NCBI GenBank assembly: GCA_963823035.1
Contig: CAWGKG010000015.1
Location: 1 to 64,000 of the forward strand
Reading direction: 5' to 3'
DNA from: an uncultured Gemmatimonadales bacterium
Lineage (GTDB): Bacteria; Gemmatimonadota; Gemmatimonadetes; Longimicrobiales; Gaopeijiaceae
Length of the DNA stretch: 64,000 nt
Shown here: in pieces, positions 11,896 through 22,045 of the stretch
How positions within the stretch are numbered: position 1 is the stretch's first letter
Layout of the letters: every line of letters begins with the position of its first letter
The notes under the pieces: model-generated
Database searches by the model: none
What the model saw: only the letters and a program-made list of their open reading frames with translations
What the model was told of the DNA's origin: nothing
Program-made: the position numbers and the translations under genes

Positions 11896-12424
11896 GTGCT
11901 TCTGAGAGCTGCTGAAGCGGCGCAGGGCCGAGGTCGCAGAGCGTTGGTTCGAAGACGCCCTGTCCGCGTACCCGTCGAGAACCGTGGACGCCTGGCGTCG
12001 TGAGCGCGATCGGTTCGCCAACCCGGTGGGCCACGCCCTCCGGGAGGGTACGCGGGCGGTCCTGGACGCCCTCCTGGACGGAGCCGGCCAGGAAGCGGTG
12101 CGCGCCGGGCTCGCCGAGATCGTGAAGATCCGCGCCATCCAGGAGATGACCCCGGGCAAGGCCGTCGCGTTCGTCTTCCGGCTGAAGCCGGTGATCCGCG
12201 CCGAACTGGGGCGGGCGCTCGACGACGACGGGCCCCTCGAGCTCGCCGAGCTCGAGGCCGGGGTCGACCGGGCCGCGCTGGCCGCGTTCGACCTCTACGT
12301 GGAGTACAGGGAACGACTCGTCGAGCTCCGCATCGCCGAGCTGAAGCGCAACATCCCCTGGGCCGTCGCCAGAGCGGAGCTCGCCGCTGCCGGGAGCCAG
12401 CTCCCGGAGGAGGGGGCCGGATGA
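11896..12424 (+). CDS. dsrT: DsrT (RsbRD N-terminal-like); start frameshifted
   Basis: ERW..Y..DRFANPVG..IVKIRAIQEMTPGKAVAFVFRLK..AFDLYVEYRE; lies directly before dsrM. Confidence 0.88.
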
Positions 12425-13410
12425 GGATCGCCCTCGCATTCGTGCTCGTCGCGGGGCTTTTCGTGCTGGGCATGCTCGGCGCGAACCCGGGGCTGCAGTG
12501 GACGTTCGCCGTGGCCCTCCCCTACCTGGCCGCGGCCGTCTTCGTGGTGGGGATCGTGGCGCGGGTGTGGGGGTGGGCCCGGGTTCCCGTGCCCTTCCGC
12601 ATTCCGACCACGTGCGGGCAGCAGCGCTCCCTTCCCTGGTTCCGCCAGGAGAAGCTGGAGAACCCCCACACGGGCCTGCAGGCGTTCGGGCGCATGGTGC
12701 TCGAGGTGCTCTTCTTCCGCTCGTTGCTGCGGAACACGAAGAGCTCGATGACGGCGGAGAGGCGCCTCGTCTACACGACGGATCTGGCGCTGTGGGCGGG
12801 GGCCATGGCCTTCCACTGGTCGATGGCGCTGATCCTCCTGCGGCACCTGCGCCTCTTCACCGCGCCGACCCCGGGCTTCGTGACCGCCGCCGAATCGCTC
12901 GACGGCTTCCTGGAAGTGGGGGTGCCGGTCGTCTTCGCCTCCTCGGTGGTCTTCCTGGCGGCGTTGACCTATCTGCTCGTGCGCCGGCTGACGAACCCCC
13001 TCGTGCGCTATATCTCGCTGGTGGGAGACTACTTCCCCCTCCTGCTCCTCCTGACGATCGGCGGTACCGGATTCTGGATGCGCCACGTCGCCAAGACGGA
13101 CGTGGCCGCCGTGAAGGAGCTCGCCCTCGGGCTGGTGCACTTCTCCCCGACGGTGCCGGCGTCGATCGGCCCGCTCTTCTACGGGCACCTGTTCCTGGTG
13201 TGCGTGCTGCTCGCCTACTTCCCGCTGAGCAAGCTCATGCACATGGCGGGGGTGTTCCTGAGCCCGACGCGGAACCTCGCGAACAACAACCGCGCGGTGA
13301 GGCACGTGAACCCGTGGGACGCGCCCGTGAAGGTCCACACGTACGCGGAATACGAGGACGAATTCCGCGACAAGATGATCGGGGCCGGACTCCCGGTCGA
13401 CAAGGAATAG
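12421..13410 (+). CDS. dsrM: DsrM cytochrome b subunit
   Basis: PVPFRIPTTCGQQ, FFRSLLRNT, FHW..RHLR, HLFLV..YFPLSKLMH..SPTRN. Confidence 0.96.
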   Translation: MRIALAFVLVAGLFVLGMLGANPGLQWTFAVALPYLAAAVFVVGIVARVWGWARVPVPFRIPTTCGQQRSLPWFRQEKLENPHTGLQAFGRMVLEVLFFRSLLRNTKSSMTAERRLVYTTDLALWAGAMAFHWSMALILLRHLRLFTAPTPGFVTAAESLDGFLEVGVPVVFASSVVFLAALTYLLVRRLTNPLVRYISLVGDYFPLLLLLTIGGTGFWMRHVAKTDVAAVKELALGLVHFSPTVPASIGPLFYGHLFLVCVLLAYFPLSKLMHMAGVFLSPTRNLANNNRAVRHVNPWDAPVKVHTYAEYEDEFRDKMIGAGLPVDKE

Positions 13411-13417
13411 AGACGCG

Positions 13418-15139
13418 ATGTCGAGCCCCGACGAACCCGGCTACTACGACCGGGACGAGCTTCTGGAGGTCGACCGGCACCCGCCGGACAGCGGGTGGAT
13501 GGACACGCCGGTGGACCTGCGGCCGGGCACGTTCATCTATCCCGGCAAGACCAAGAACCTGCAGGTCCTCGACCTCCCCAACGCCCACGAATGGGCGGTC
13601 ACGGACGAGGACTGGAAGCTCCCCGAGGGTTGGAAGAAGACGGTCCTCGAGGGGATGGCCGACCGCCTGAGCCGCTACCGCTCCTTCAAGCTGTTCATGG
13701 ACATCTGCGTGCGCTGCGGGGCGTGCGCGGACAAGTGCCACTTCTTCATCGGCTCGGGCGACCCGAAGAACATGCCGGTGCTCAGGGCGGAGCTGCTCCG
13801 CTCCGTGTACCGGAAGGACTTCACCGCGCTCGGGAAGGTCTTCGGGAAGCTGGCCGGCGGCCGCGAGCTCACCCCGGACGTGATCAAGGAGTGGTTCTAC
13901 TACTTCTACCAGTGCACCGAGTGCCGGCGCTGCTCGGTGTTCTGCCCGTACGGCATCGACACGGCCGAGGTCACGATGATGGGCCGCGAGCTGCTCGGGC
14001 TGCTCGGGCTCTACGTGAACTGGGTCCTGGAGCCGGTGGCCAACTGCTACCGCATGGGCAACCACCTGGGCATCCAACCCCACGGGATGGTGGACACCCT
14101 GGAGTTCATGGTGGACGACATCGAGGAGGCGACGGGCATCCGCGTCGACCTCCCGATCAACAAGAAGGGGGCGGAGATCCTCTTCTTCACCCCCTCCGGC
14201 GACTTCGTCGCGGACCCCGGCATCTACACCTGCATGGCGTACATGCTGCTCTTCCACGAGCTCGGCATCGACTACACGTGGAGCACGTACGCCTCGGACG
14301 GCGGCAACTTCGGCCTCTTCACCTCGCACGAGGCGATGAAGCGGCTGAACGCCAAGGTCTACGCAGAGGCGAAGCGCCTGGGCGTGAAATGGATCCTGGG
14401 CGGCGAGTGCGGCCACATGTGGCGCGTGCTGAACCAGTACATGGACACCATGAACGGCCCGGCCGACTTCCTCGAAGTGCCGAAGTCGCCCGTGACCGGG
14501 ACCGTGTTCGAGCAGGCCCGCTCGACCAAGGCCATCCACATCATGGAGCTTCTCTCCGACGTGATCCGGCACGGGAAGCTGAAGCTGGATCCGTCGAGGA
14601 ACGACCACATCCACGTCACCTTCCACGACTCGTGCAACCCGGCCCGCGCCATGGGCATCCTCGAGGAGCCGCGCTACGTGATCCGCAGCGTGTGCAACCA
14701 CTTCCACGAGATGCCCGAGAACACAATCCGCGAGCAGACCTTCTGCTGCGGCGGGGGCGCCGGCCTGGGCACCGACGAGAACATGGAGATGCGGCTGCGT
14801 GGGGGGCTGCCGCGAGGCAACGCGGTGGCCTACGTCCGCGATCGCTACGGGGTGAACCAGCTCGCGGCGATGTGCGCGATCGACCGGGCGACGCTCGTGA
14901 CGGTGTGCGACTACTGGGCGCCTGGGGTGAAGGTCACGGGGATCAGCGAGTTGGTGGCGAACGCCACGGTGTTCTCCGGGGAGAAGGTGCGAACGCAGAA
15001 CCTGCGGTTGGAGCCGATCCCGGGGATGGAGGACGCGGAGGAACTGCTGGGGGATTCCCCTTCCGGCGACCACTCTGCGGGCTCCTCTGGTTCTACCACA
15101 GAGGGCGCAGAGGACGCAGAGGAGGTGGTCCATGGGTGA
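13418..15139 (+). CDS. dsrK: DsrK Fe-S/CCG subunit
   Basis: CVRCGACADKC, CTECRRCSVFCP, GECGH, HDSCN, FCCGGG, MCAID. Confidence 0.96.
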   Translation: MSSPDEPGYYDRDELLEVDRHPPDSGWMDTPVDLRPGTFIYPGKTKNLQVLDLPNAHEWAVTDEDWKLPEGWKKTVLEGMADRLSRYRSFKLFMDICVRCGACADKCHFFIGSGDPKNMPVLRAELLRSVYRKDFTALGKVFGKLAGGRELTPDVIKEWFYYFYQCTECRRCSVFCPYGIDTAEVTMMGRELLGLLGLYVNWVLEPVANCYRMGNHLGIQPHGMVDTLEFMVDDIEEATGIRVDLPINKKGAEILFFTPSGDFVADPGIYTCMAYMLLFHELGIDYTWSTYASDGGNFGLFTSHEAMKRLNAKVYAEAKRLGVKWILGGECGHMWRVLNQYMDTMNGPADFLEVPKSPVTGTVFEQARSTKAIHIMELLSDVIRHGKLKLDPSRNDHIHVTFHDSCNPARAMGILEEPRYVIRSVCNHFHEMPENTIREQTFCCGGGAGLGTDENMEMRLRGGLPRGNAVAYVRDRYGVNQLAAMCAIDRATLVTVCDYWAPGVKVTGISELVANATVFSGEKVRTQNLRLEPIPGMEDAEELLGDSPSGDHSAGSSGSTTEGAEDAEEVVHG

Positions 15140-15521
15140 TCGGGGCCGCATCGGAATCGGGCTGGCCGTCTTCCTCGTCCTCGCGGGTTATCCGGTGTGG
15201 AGTGCCTTCGCGTCGTCGGCGGATCCGGGGCGGCCGGAGCTGGCGCGCTCGGCGGATCCTTCGGGGTGCGTCGAGGACACGGTGGTGATGAAGGCGATCC
15301 ATCCGCAGATCCTCAACGCCTGGCGGACGGCGGTGGTGCGGGACGGGGAGCGGACCTGGGTCTCGTCGACCGGGCGCGAATGGGAGATGAGCCTCACGGG
15401 GACGTGCCTCCACTGCCACGACAACAGCGCGGACTTCTGCACGCGGTGTCACGACTACGCGGATGTCCGGCCCACGTGCTGGAGCTGCCACGTGGCGCCG
15501 GAGGGGGAGGCCGGGTCATGA
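15132..15521 (+). CDS. dsrJ: DsrJ triheme cytochrome c
   Basis: Signal anchor, CVED..WR..VVRDG, and three CxxCH motifs (CLHCH, CTRCH, CWSCH). Confidence 0.95.
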   Translation: MGDRGRIGIGLAVFLVLAGYPVWSAFASSADPGRPELARSADPSGCVEDTVVMKAIHPQILNAWRTAVVRDGERTWVSSTGREWEMSLTGTCLHCHDNSADFCTRCHDYADVRPTCWSCHVAPEGEAGS

Positions 15522-16376
15522 GCGACACGCGACGCGACTTCCTGAAGAAGCTCGGGATCGGCACGGTCGGTGCGGGCGTCGCGCTGCCGCTGCTCGATCC
15601 CGCACGCTGGGTCCGCGCCCAGGAGGCCACCGACGCGGTGGCGACCGCCGCGTCCTCGACGGGCCGCCAGTGGGCGATGGTGGTGGACGTGGAGAAGTGC
15701 CTGCGCGACGACGTGCGCCGCGCCTGCGTCGAGGCCTGCGACCTCGCGCACAACGTACCCGCGATCCCCGACCCCGAGGAGGACGTGCGCTGGATCTGGA
15801 CGGCGGACTACGAGCACGTCTTCCCGGACGAGGTGCACGCGCACACACCCGACGCCCTGCGCGAGCTGCCGGTGATGGTGCTGTGCAACCACTGCACGGA
15901 CCCTCCCTGCGTGAAGGTCTGCCCCACCGGGGCGACGTGGAAGCGCGAGGAGGACGGGATCGTGATGATGGACATGCACCGCTGCATCGGATGCCGGTAC
16001 TGCATGGCGGCGTGTCCCTACGGCGCGCGCAGCTTCAACTGGCGCGATCCGCGCGAGCACGTCGCGAAGGACGCCAACGGCAAGCCGCTCTCCGACTACC
16101 CCACCCGCACGGCCGGCGTCGTCGAGAAGTGCACCTTCTGCGCGGAGCGAATTCGCGTGGGCGGCACCCCCGCGTGCGTGGAGGCCGCGGCGCAGATCCC
16201 GGGCGGCGAGGGCGCGCTGACGTTCGGCGACGTGAGCGACCCCGACTCGGCGGTCAGCCGCCTCCTGCGCGAGCGGAACACCTTCGTGCGCCGCGTCGGG
16301 CTGGGAACCGGCCCGAACGTCTACTACATCGTCCCCGGCGTCGTTCACGGCCCCGGCCGTGGACGGGGAGGTGTGA
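15518..16376 (+). CDS. dsrO: DsrO periplasmic Fe-S protein (stop at 16374-16376 inferred across an indel)
   Basis: Tat motif [38 protein letters not shown]. Confidence 0.93.
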
Positions 16377-16380
16377 GGCC

Positions 16381-17542
16381 ATGCTGCAGCACGCTTTCCA
16401 CGGCACGAGGCGCTACTGGCTGCTCCTGGCGGCCTGGACGGTCCTGATCCTGATCGGGCTGGCGGGCTACAGCCGCCAGCTCACCGAGGGGCTGAGCGTG
16501 ACCGGGATGAGCCGGGACGTCTCCTGGGGGCTCTACATCGCGCAGTTCACCTTCATGGTGGGCATCGCGGCCTCGGCGGTGATGGTGGTGCTCCCCTACT
16601 ACCTCCACGACTACAAGGCCTTCGGCCGCACCGTGATCCTCGGCGAGTTCCTCGCCGTTTCGGCGGTCGTGGTGTGCATGCTCTTCATCTTCGTGGACAT
16701 GGGGCAGCCTCGCCGCGTCCTGAACGTCTTCCTGCATCCCCGACCCAACTCGGTGATGTTCTGGGACTCGATGGTCGCTGGGCGGCTACCTCGCTGCTCA
16801 ACCTCGTGATCGGCGCGGTGACGATCGAGGCCGAGCGGCGGGAGTCCCCCCGCCCCGGTGGGTGCGCCCGCTCATCTACCTGTCGATCCCCTGGGCGGTC
16901 TCCATCCACACGGTGACCGCGTTCCTCTATTCCGGCCTCGGGGCCCGGCCGTTCTGGATGACGGCCATCCTGGCTCCCCGCTTCCTCGCCTCCGCGTTCG
17001 CGGCCGGGCCCAGCCTGTTGATCCTGCTGGCCCTCCTCGTGCGGCGCTTCGGCGGGTTCGACGTGGGCAAGGCGTCCCTGCGGACGCTGTCCACGATCGT
17101 CACGTACGCGATGGCCATCAACGTGTTCTTCGTGCTGGTCGAGGTGTTCACCGCGGTGTACAGCGGCATCCCGCACGACGTGCATCCCTTCGCGTACCTC
17201 TTCACCGGCCTGGAAGGCCACGCGGCGCTCATGCCGTGGACCTGGGTCGGAGACGTCCTCGCAGTGGCGTGTACGGTCCTTCTCCTCGTCCCCGCCGTGC
17301 GCCGCCAGGAGCGGTGGCTCGCGGCGCTGTGCGTCGGCGTGATCGCCGCGCTGTGGATCGAGAAGGGCCTGGCGCTGGTGATCACCGGGTTCATCCCGTC
17401 GCCCCTCGGGGCGATCACCGAGTACGCGCCCACGGCACCGGAGATCGCGATCACCGTGGGCGTCTACGCGGTGGGCGGGTTCGTGCTGACAGCTCTGTAC
17501 AAGGTCGTGTTGGGTGTGAGACAGCGATTGCAATCGGCGTAA
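16381..17542 (+). CDS. dsrP: DsrP (NrfD-family membrane protein); frameshifts near 16780-16860
   Basis: [55 protein letters not shown]. Confidence 0.94.
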
Positions 17543-17591
17543 CGCGCACGTGGCGACAGGCGCTGCGGCGCTATGCCACAAGGAGAGAACG

Positions 17592-18830
17592 ATGGCAGAG
17601 ACGGACGGCAACGGCACTCCGTTGTTGGACGAGCTGGAAAAAGGCCCATGGCCCAGCTTCGTCACACAGATCAAGGAGATGGCCGACGAAGGAAAGGAGC
17701 AGTGCAGCCAGCTTCTCGGCCTCCTCGAGCGGTCGTACCGCGAGAAGATCGGCCACTGGAAGCACGGCGGCATCGTCGGCGTGCACGGGTATGGCGGCGG
17801 CGTGATCGGCCGGTACAGCGACCTGCAGGACGAGTTCCCGGCCATCGCCCACTTCCACACGCATTCGCGTCAACATGCCGAGCGGGTGGTTCTACACCTC
17901 GGATGCGCTGCGCACGATCTGCGACATCTGGGACGAGCACGGCTCCGGGCTCACGAACATGCACGGGTCCACGGGGGACATCATCCTCCTGGGCACGACC
18001 ACCGACGAGCTGGAGCCGACCTTCCGGGCGCTCACCGAGAAGGACTTCGACCTGGGCGGCTCGGGGTCGGACGTGCGCACGCCGAGCGCCTGCGTCGGGC
18101 CGGCCCGCTGCGAGTGGGCCTGCTACGACACGCTCGACCTGTGCAACGACCTCACGCAGACGTTCCAGGACGAGCTCCACCGCCCGGCGTTCCCGTACAA
18201 GTTCAAGTTCAAGTGCTCGGGGTGCCCCAACGACTGCGTGGCTTCGATCGCCCGCTCCGACATGTCCATCATCGGCACGTGGCGGGACGAGATCCGCATC
18301 GACCAGGACGAGGTGCGGGCCTACGCCGAGGGCGGGATGAACATCGAGCGTGAGGTCTGCGGGAACTGCCCCACCAAGTGCATGGAGTGGGACGGCAAAG
18401 AGCTCGAGATCGACGACAGCAATTGCGTGAAGTGCATGCACTGCATCAACGCGATGCCCAAGGCGCTGCGTCCCGGCACGGACACGGGCGCGACGATCCT
18501 CCTGGGCGCCAAGGCGCCCATCGTCCAGGGCGCGCAGCTCTCCTCGGTGATCGTCCCGTTCATGAAGCTCGAGCCGCCCTACGAGGAGCTGAAGGACCTC
18601 GCGGAGCGCATCTGGGACTTCTGGGGCGAGCACGGGAAGAACCGCGAGCGCGTGGGTGAGCTGATCCAGCGCGTCGGGCTGGGGAACTTCCTCGAGGCGA
18701 TCGACCTGGAGCCGATCCCCGAGATGATCGCCTACCCGAGGGACAATCCGTACGTCTTCTACGAGGAATACTACGAGGAGGAGGAGGAGAAGAGGAGGCT
18801 GAGGCGGAGGAGCCGGCCGGCGTCCCCTAG
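17592..18830 (+). CDS. dsrA: Dissimilatory sulfite reductase alpha subunit (frameshifts near 17865 and 18790)
   Basis: [71 protein letters not shown] at 18828. Confidence 0.97.
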
Positions 18831-18886
18831 GGACCCGCTCTTCGACCCATCGACGAACCAACACGGATTTCTCGGGAGAACGATAG

Positions 18887-19960
18887 ATGGACACGCAGAG
18901 AAGGACGGACATCGGCCCTCCGGACTTTCGGAGGTTCCTGCCCCCGGTCGTGAAGGCCAACTACGGGAAGTGGAAGTACCACGAGATCCTGAAGCCCGGC
19001 GTGATGGTCCACGTCGGCGAGTCGGGCGACAAGCTCTTCACCGTGCGCGCCGGCTCGCCCCGGCTGCTCGGCACCAAGCGGATCCGCAAGTACGCGGAGC
19101 TGGCCGACACGTACTGTGGCGGCTACCTGCGCTTCACGAGCCGGCACAACGTGGAGTTCCTGCTGACCGACGAGACCAACATCGAGCCGCTCATCGCCGA
19201 TCTGGCCGCGCTCGGCCATCCGGTGGGCGGCATCGGCCCGGCGATCTCGAGCATCGTGCACACGCAGGGGTGGGTGCACTGCCACTCCGCCGCGACGGAT
19301 GCCTCGGGCGTCGTGAAGTGCGTGATGGACGACCTGAACGAGTACTTCGACGGGTCGACCAAGATCCCGGGCAAGCTGCGCATCGCCCTGGCGTGCTGCC
19401 TGAACATGTGCGGCGCCGTGCACTGCTCCGACATCGCCATCCTCGGGGTGCACCGTCGTCCGCCCAAGGTGCAGGGAGGGCTCAACAAGGTCTGCGAGAT
19501 CCCCAACGTGGTCGCGGCGTGCCCCACGGCCGCCATCCGGCCCACGTCCGTGAACGGGACGCCGAGCGTCGAGATCGACGAAGAGCTGTGCATGTTCTGC
19601 GCGAACTGCTTCTCGGTCTGCCCGGCGCTCCCCATGGCCGACGCCCTCAACGACGGGATCTCCATCTGGGTCGGCGGAAAGGTCTCGAACGCGCGCTCCG
19701 AGCCGATGTTCTCGAAGCTCGCGATCCCGTTCATCGAGAACGATCCGCCGCGTTGGACGGAGGCCGTCCAGGCCGTCCGCAACATCGTCGAGGTGTGGGT
19801 CGACGGAGCCCGCCCGCACGAGCGCATGGGTGAGTTCATCGAGCGCATCGGTTGGCCGAAGTTCTTCAAGCTGACCGGCATCGAGTTCCAGAAGGAACAC
19901 ATCGACGACTACAAGTACGCGGGCCTGAGCTACAAGCGGTCCGCTCAATTGCGGCACTAG
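18887..19960 (+). CDS. dsrB: Dissimilatory sulfite reductase beta subunit
   Basis: [60 protein letters not shown]. Confidence 0.98.
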   Translation: MDTQRRTDIGPPDFRRFLPPVVKANYGKWKYHEILKPGVMVHVGESGDKLFTVRAGSPRLLGTKRIRKYAELADTYCGGYLRFTSRHNVEFLLTDETNIEPLIADLAALGHPVGGIGPAISSIVHTQGWVHCHSAATDASGVVKCVMDDLNEYFDGSTKIPGKLRIALACCLNMCGAVHCSDIAILGVHRRPPKVQGGLNKVCEIPNVVAACPTAAIRPTSVNGTPSVEIDEELCMFCANCFSVCPALPMADALNDGISIWVGGKVSNARSEPMFSKLAIPFIENDPPRWTEAVQAVRNIVEVWVDGARPHERMGEFIERIGWPKFFKLTGIEFQKEHIDDYKYAGLSYKRSAQLRH

Positions 19961-19970
19961 GAGGTGCATC

Positions 19971-20219
19971 ATGGCCGTCACGATGGAAACGGTGGCGGAC
20001 GCCATGTTCGACATGGTGAGAGAGTACCAGGGAAAGAAGAAGCTGAAGGCGATGGACCTGACGAAGGCGATGGTCCAGCGATTCGGAGACGACGGCTGCG
20101 ACAAGAAGGTCTGCAAGGCCGCGATCCGGGAGCTCATCGACTCCGGCAAGTGCATCTACACGTACTTCGGCGGGAGCTATGTCGAGCTGCCGCCGGAGAA
20201 CGGAGCCGAGGGCGGCTGA
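19971..20219 (+). CDS. dsrD: DsrD
   Basis: 82-aa basic winged-helix-like protein directly after dsrB (KKKLK..KAAIRELIDSG..YTYFGGS); SD AGGAGG. Confidence 0.85.
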   Translation: MAVTMETVADAMFDMVREYQGKKKLKAMDLTKAMVQRFGDDGCDKKVCKAAIRELIDSGKCIYTYFGGSYVELPPENGAEGG

Positions 20220-20264
20220 CCCTGCCGGCCCGCGGGCTGTGAAGGATCCATCGGCCTCCCCCTC

Positions 20265-20289
20265 CCTCCCTCCGCCCTGCGGAGGGAGG
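20265..20289 (+). repeat. Stem-loop after dsrD
   Basis: CCTCCCTCCGC-cct-GCGGAGGGAGG, an 11-bp perfect stem; no U-tract. Confidence 0.6.
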
Positions 20290-20342
20290 CCTCGGGGGAT
20301 GTGCGGTCGGCAAACGAGCACGCGGTCGCGAGAGGTGACCCC

Positions 20343-22035
20343 ATGGCGATAAAGAAGACGGTCAAGAAGAAGAAGACCTTCGCTTCGAGAGGCGGGTTCG
20401 GCGGGGGTCGCGGCCGGGAGCAGTCGCCGCTGCGTCCGAAGCTGGTGGAGAAGAAGCCACCGTGCAGCCACACGTGCCCGAGCGGGAACCGCATCCGCGA
20501 GTTCCTGACGACGATCGCCCAGGCCGAGCATCTGGGAAAGACGACGGACGAAGCGATGCGCGAGGCGTGGGAGATCTACACGGACACGAGTCCCTTCCCC
20601 GCCGTATGCGGGCGGGTGTGTCCGGCGCCCTGCGAGACGGAGTGCAACCGGAAGGAGAAGGAGGGCGCCGTCCACATCAACAAGGTGGAGCGCGCCATCG
20701 GCGACTTCGGGCTCGAGCACGATCTCCCGCTCAAGACGCTCGACACCGAGCGGCGGACGGAGCGCGTGGCGGTGGTCGGCGCCGGCCCGAGTGGGCTGTC
20801 GTGCGCCTACCAGCTCGCGCGGCGCGGGCTACCACGTGAAGGTGTTCGAGGTCTATGAGAAGCCGGGCGGCATGCTGCGCTACGGCATCCCCGGCTACCG
20901 GCTGTCCGAGGACGTCCTGGACGCCGAGATCGGAAAGATCCTCGACCTGGGTGTGGAGCTCCACTGCGGCGTGAAGGTCGGCCGCGACATCACCCTGGGA
21001 GAGCTTCGAGAGGAGTACGACGCCGTGTACGTCGCGCTCGGCGCGCAGCAGGGCGTGAGCCTCGGCGTGGAGGGGGAGGACGCCCCGAACGTCTTCAGCG
21101 GCGTGGACTTCCTCAACCGCTTCCACCACGGCGAGAAGCTGGACCTCGGCCCGGACGTGGTCGCCATCGTGGTCGGCGGCGGTGACACGGCCATCGACGC
21201 GGCGCGGATCTGCCGCAGGCTCGGGGCGAACGTCACGATCCTCTACCGGCGGACGCTGCAGGAGATGCCCGCCATCAAGGACGAGGTGGAGGAGGCCATC
21301 CGAGAGGGCGTGAAGGTCGAGTTCCTGGCGGCCCCCACCGGCTTCAAGAAGGGCGACGACGGCATGGTGAAGGCGATGACCGCGATCCGCATGGAGCTCG
21401 GCGAGCCCGACGCGTCGGGGCGGCGGCGCCCCGTGCCGATCGAAGGATCGGAGTTCGAGATCCCGGCCAGCGCCGTCATCTCGGCGGTGAGCCAGCACCC
21501 GAACTTCGGAGGTTTCGAGGAGCTGGTCGAGGGGAAGAGCTGGATCCAGGTCGACCACCTGGGTCACACGCGCGCGGAGGGCGTCTGGGCCGGCGGAGAC
21601 GTCACGAACCTCGCACTGGTGACGGACGCGGTCGGCCAGGGCCGGCGCGCGGCCGAGGCGATCGACCATGGCTTCCGTGGCACGCAGCCCAAGCCGGATC
21701 CGCGAAAGATCATCCGTGCGGACAAGATGCACCTTGACCACTACGCGGCGATCCCCCGGCAGGAGCCGACCACGCTCGCCGTGGAGGAGCGCCTGGGTCA
21801 TCTCGAGCGCGAGGTCAACCTCGGCCTCACGACCGAGCAGACGTTGCTCGAGTCGCAGCGGTGCATGAGCTGTGGCTACTGCTTCGACTGCGAGAAGTGC
21901 TGGATGTACTGCCAGGACTCCGCCATCGACAAGCCGATGACGAAGGGAGACCTGTACATCTTGAAGATCGGGAACTGCACGGGGTGCGCGAAGTGCGCCG
22001 ACATCTGCCCGTGCGGCTTCATCGAGATGGCGTGA
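20343..22035 (+). CDS. dsrL: DsrL NAD(P)H:acceptor Fe-S flavoprotein, DsrL-2 type (frameshift near 20830)
   Basis: SPLRP..PPCSHTCPSG, FPAVCGRVCPAPCETECNR, VGAGPSG, GGGDTAID, ILYRRT, RCMSCGYCFDCEKC, CTGCAKCADICPCGFIEM. Confidence 0.92.
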
Positions 22036-22045
22036 CGGAGGAACG

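Noticed and set aside
17875..19833. DsrA extended across dsrB
   Set aside because: An indel in the GAG-repeat tract bypasses the TAG at 18828.
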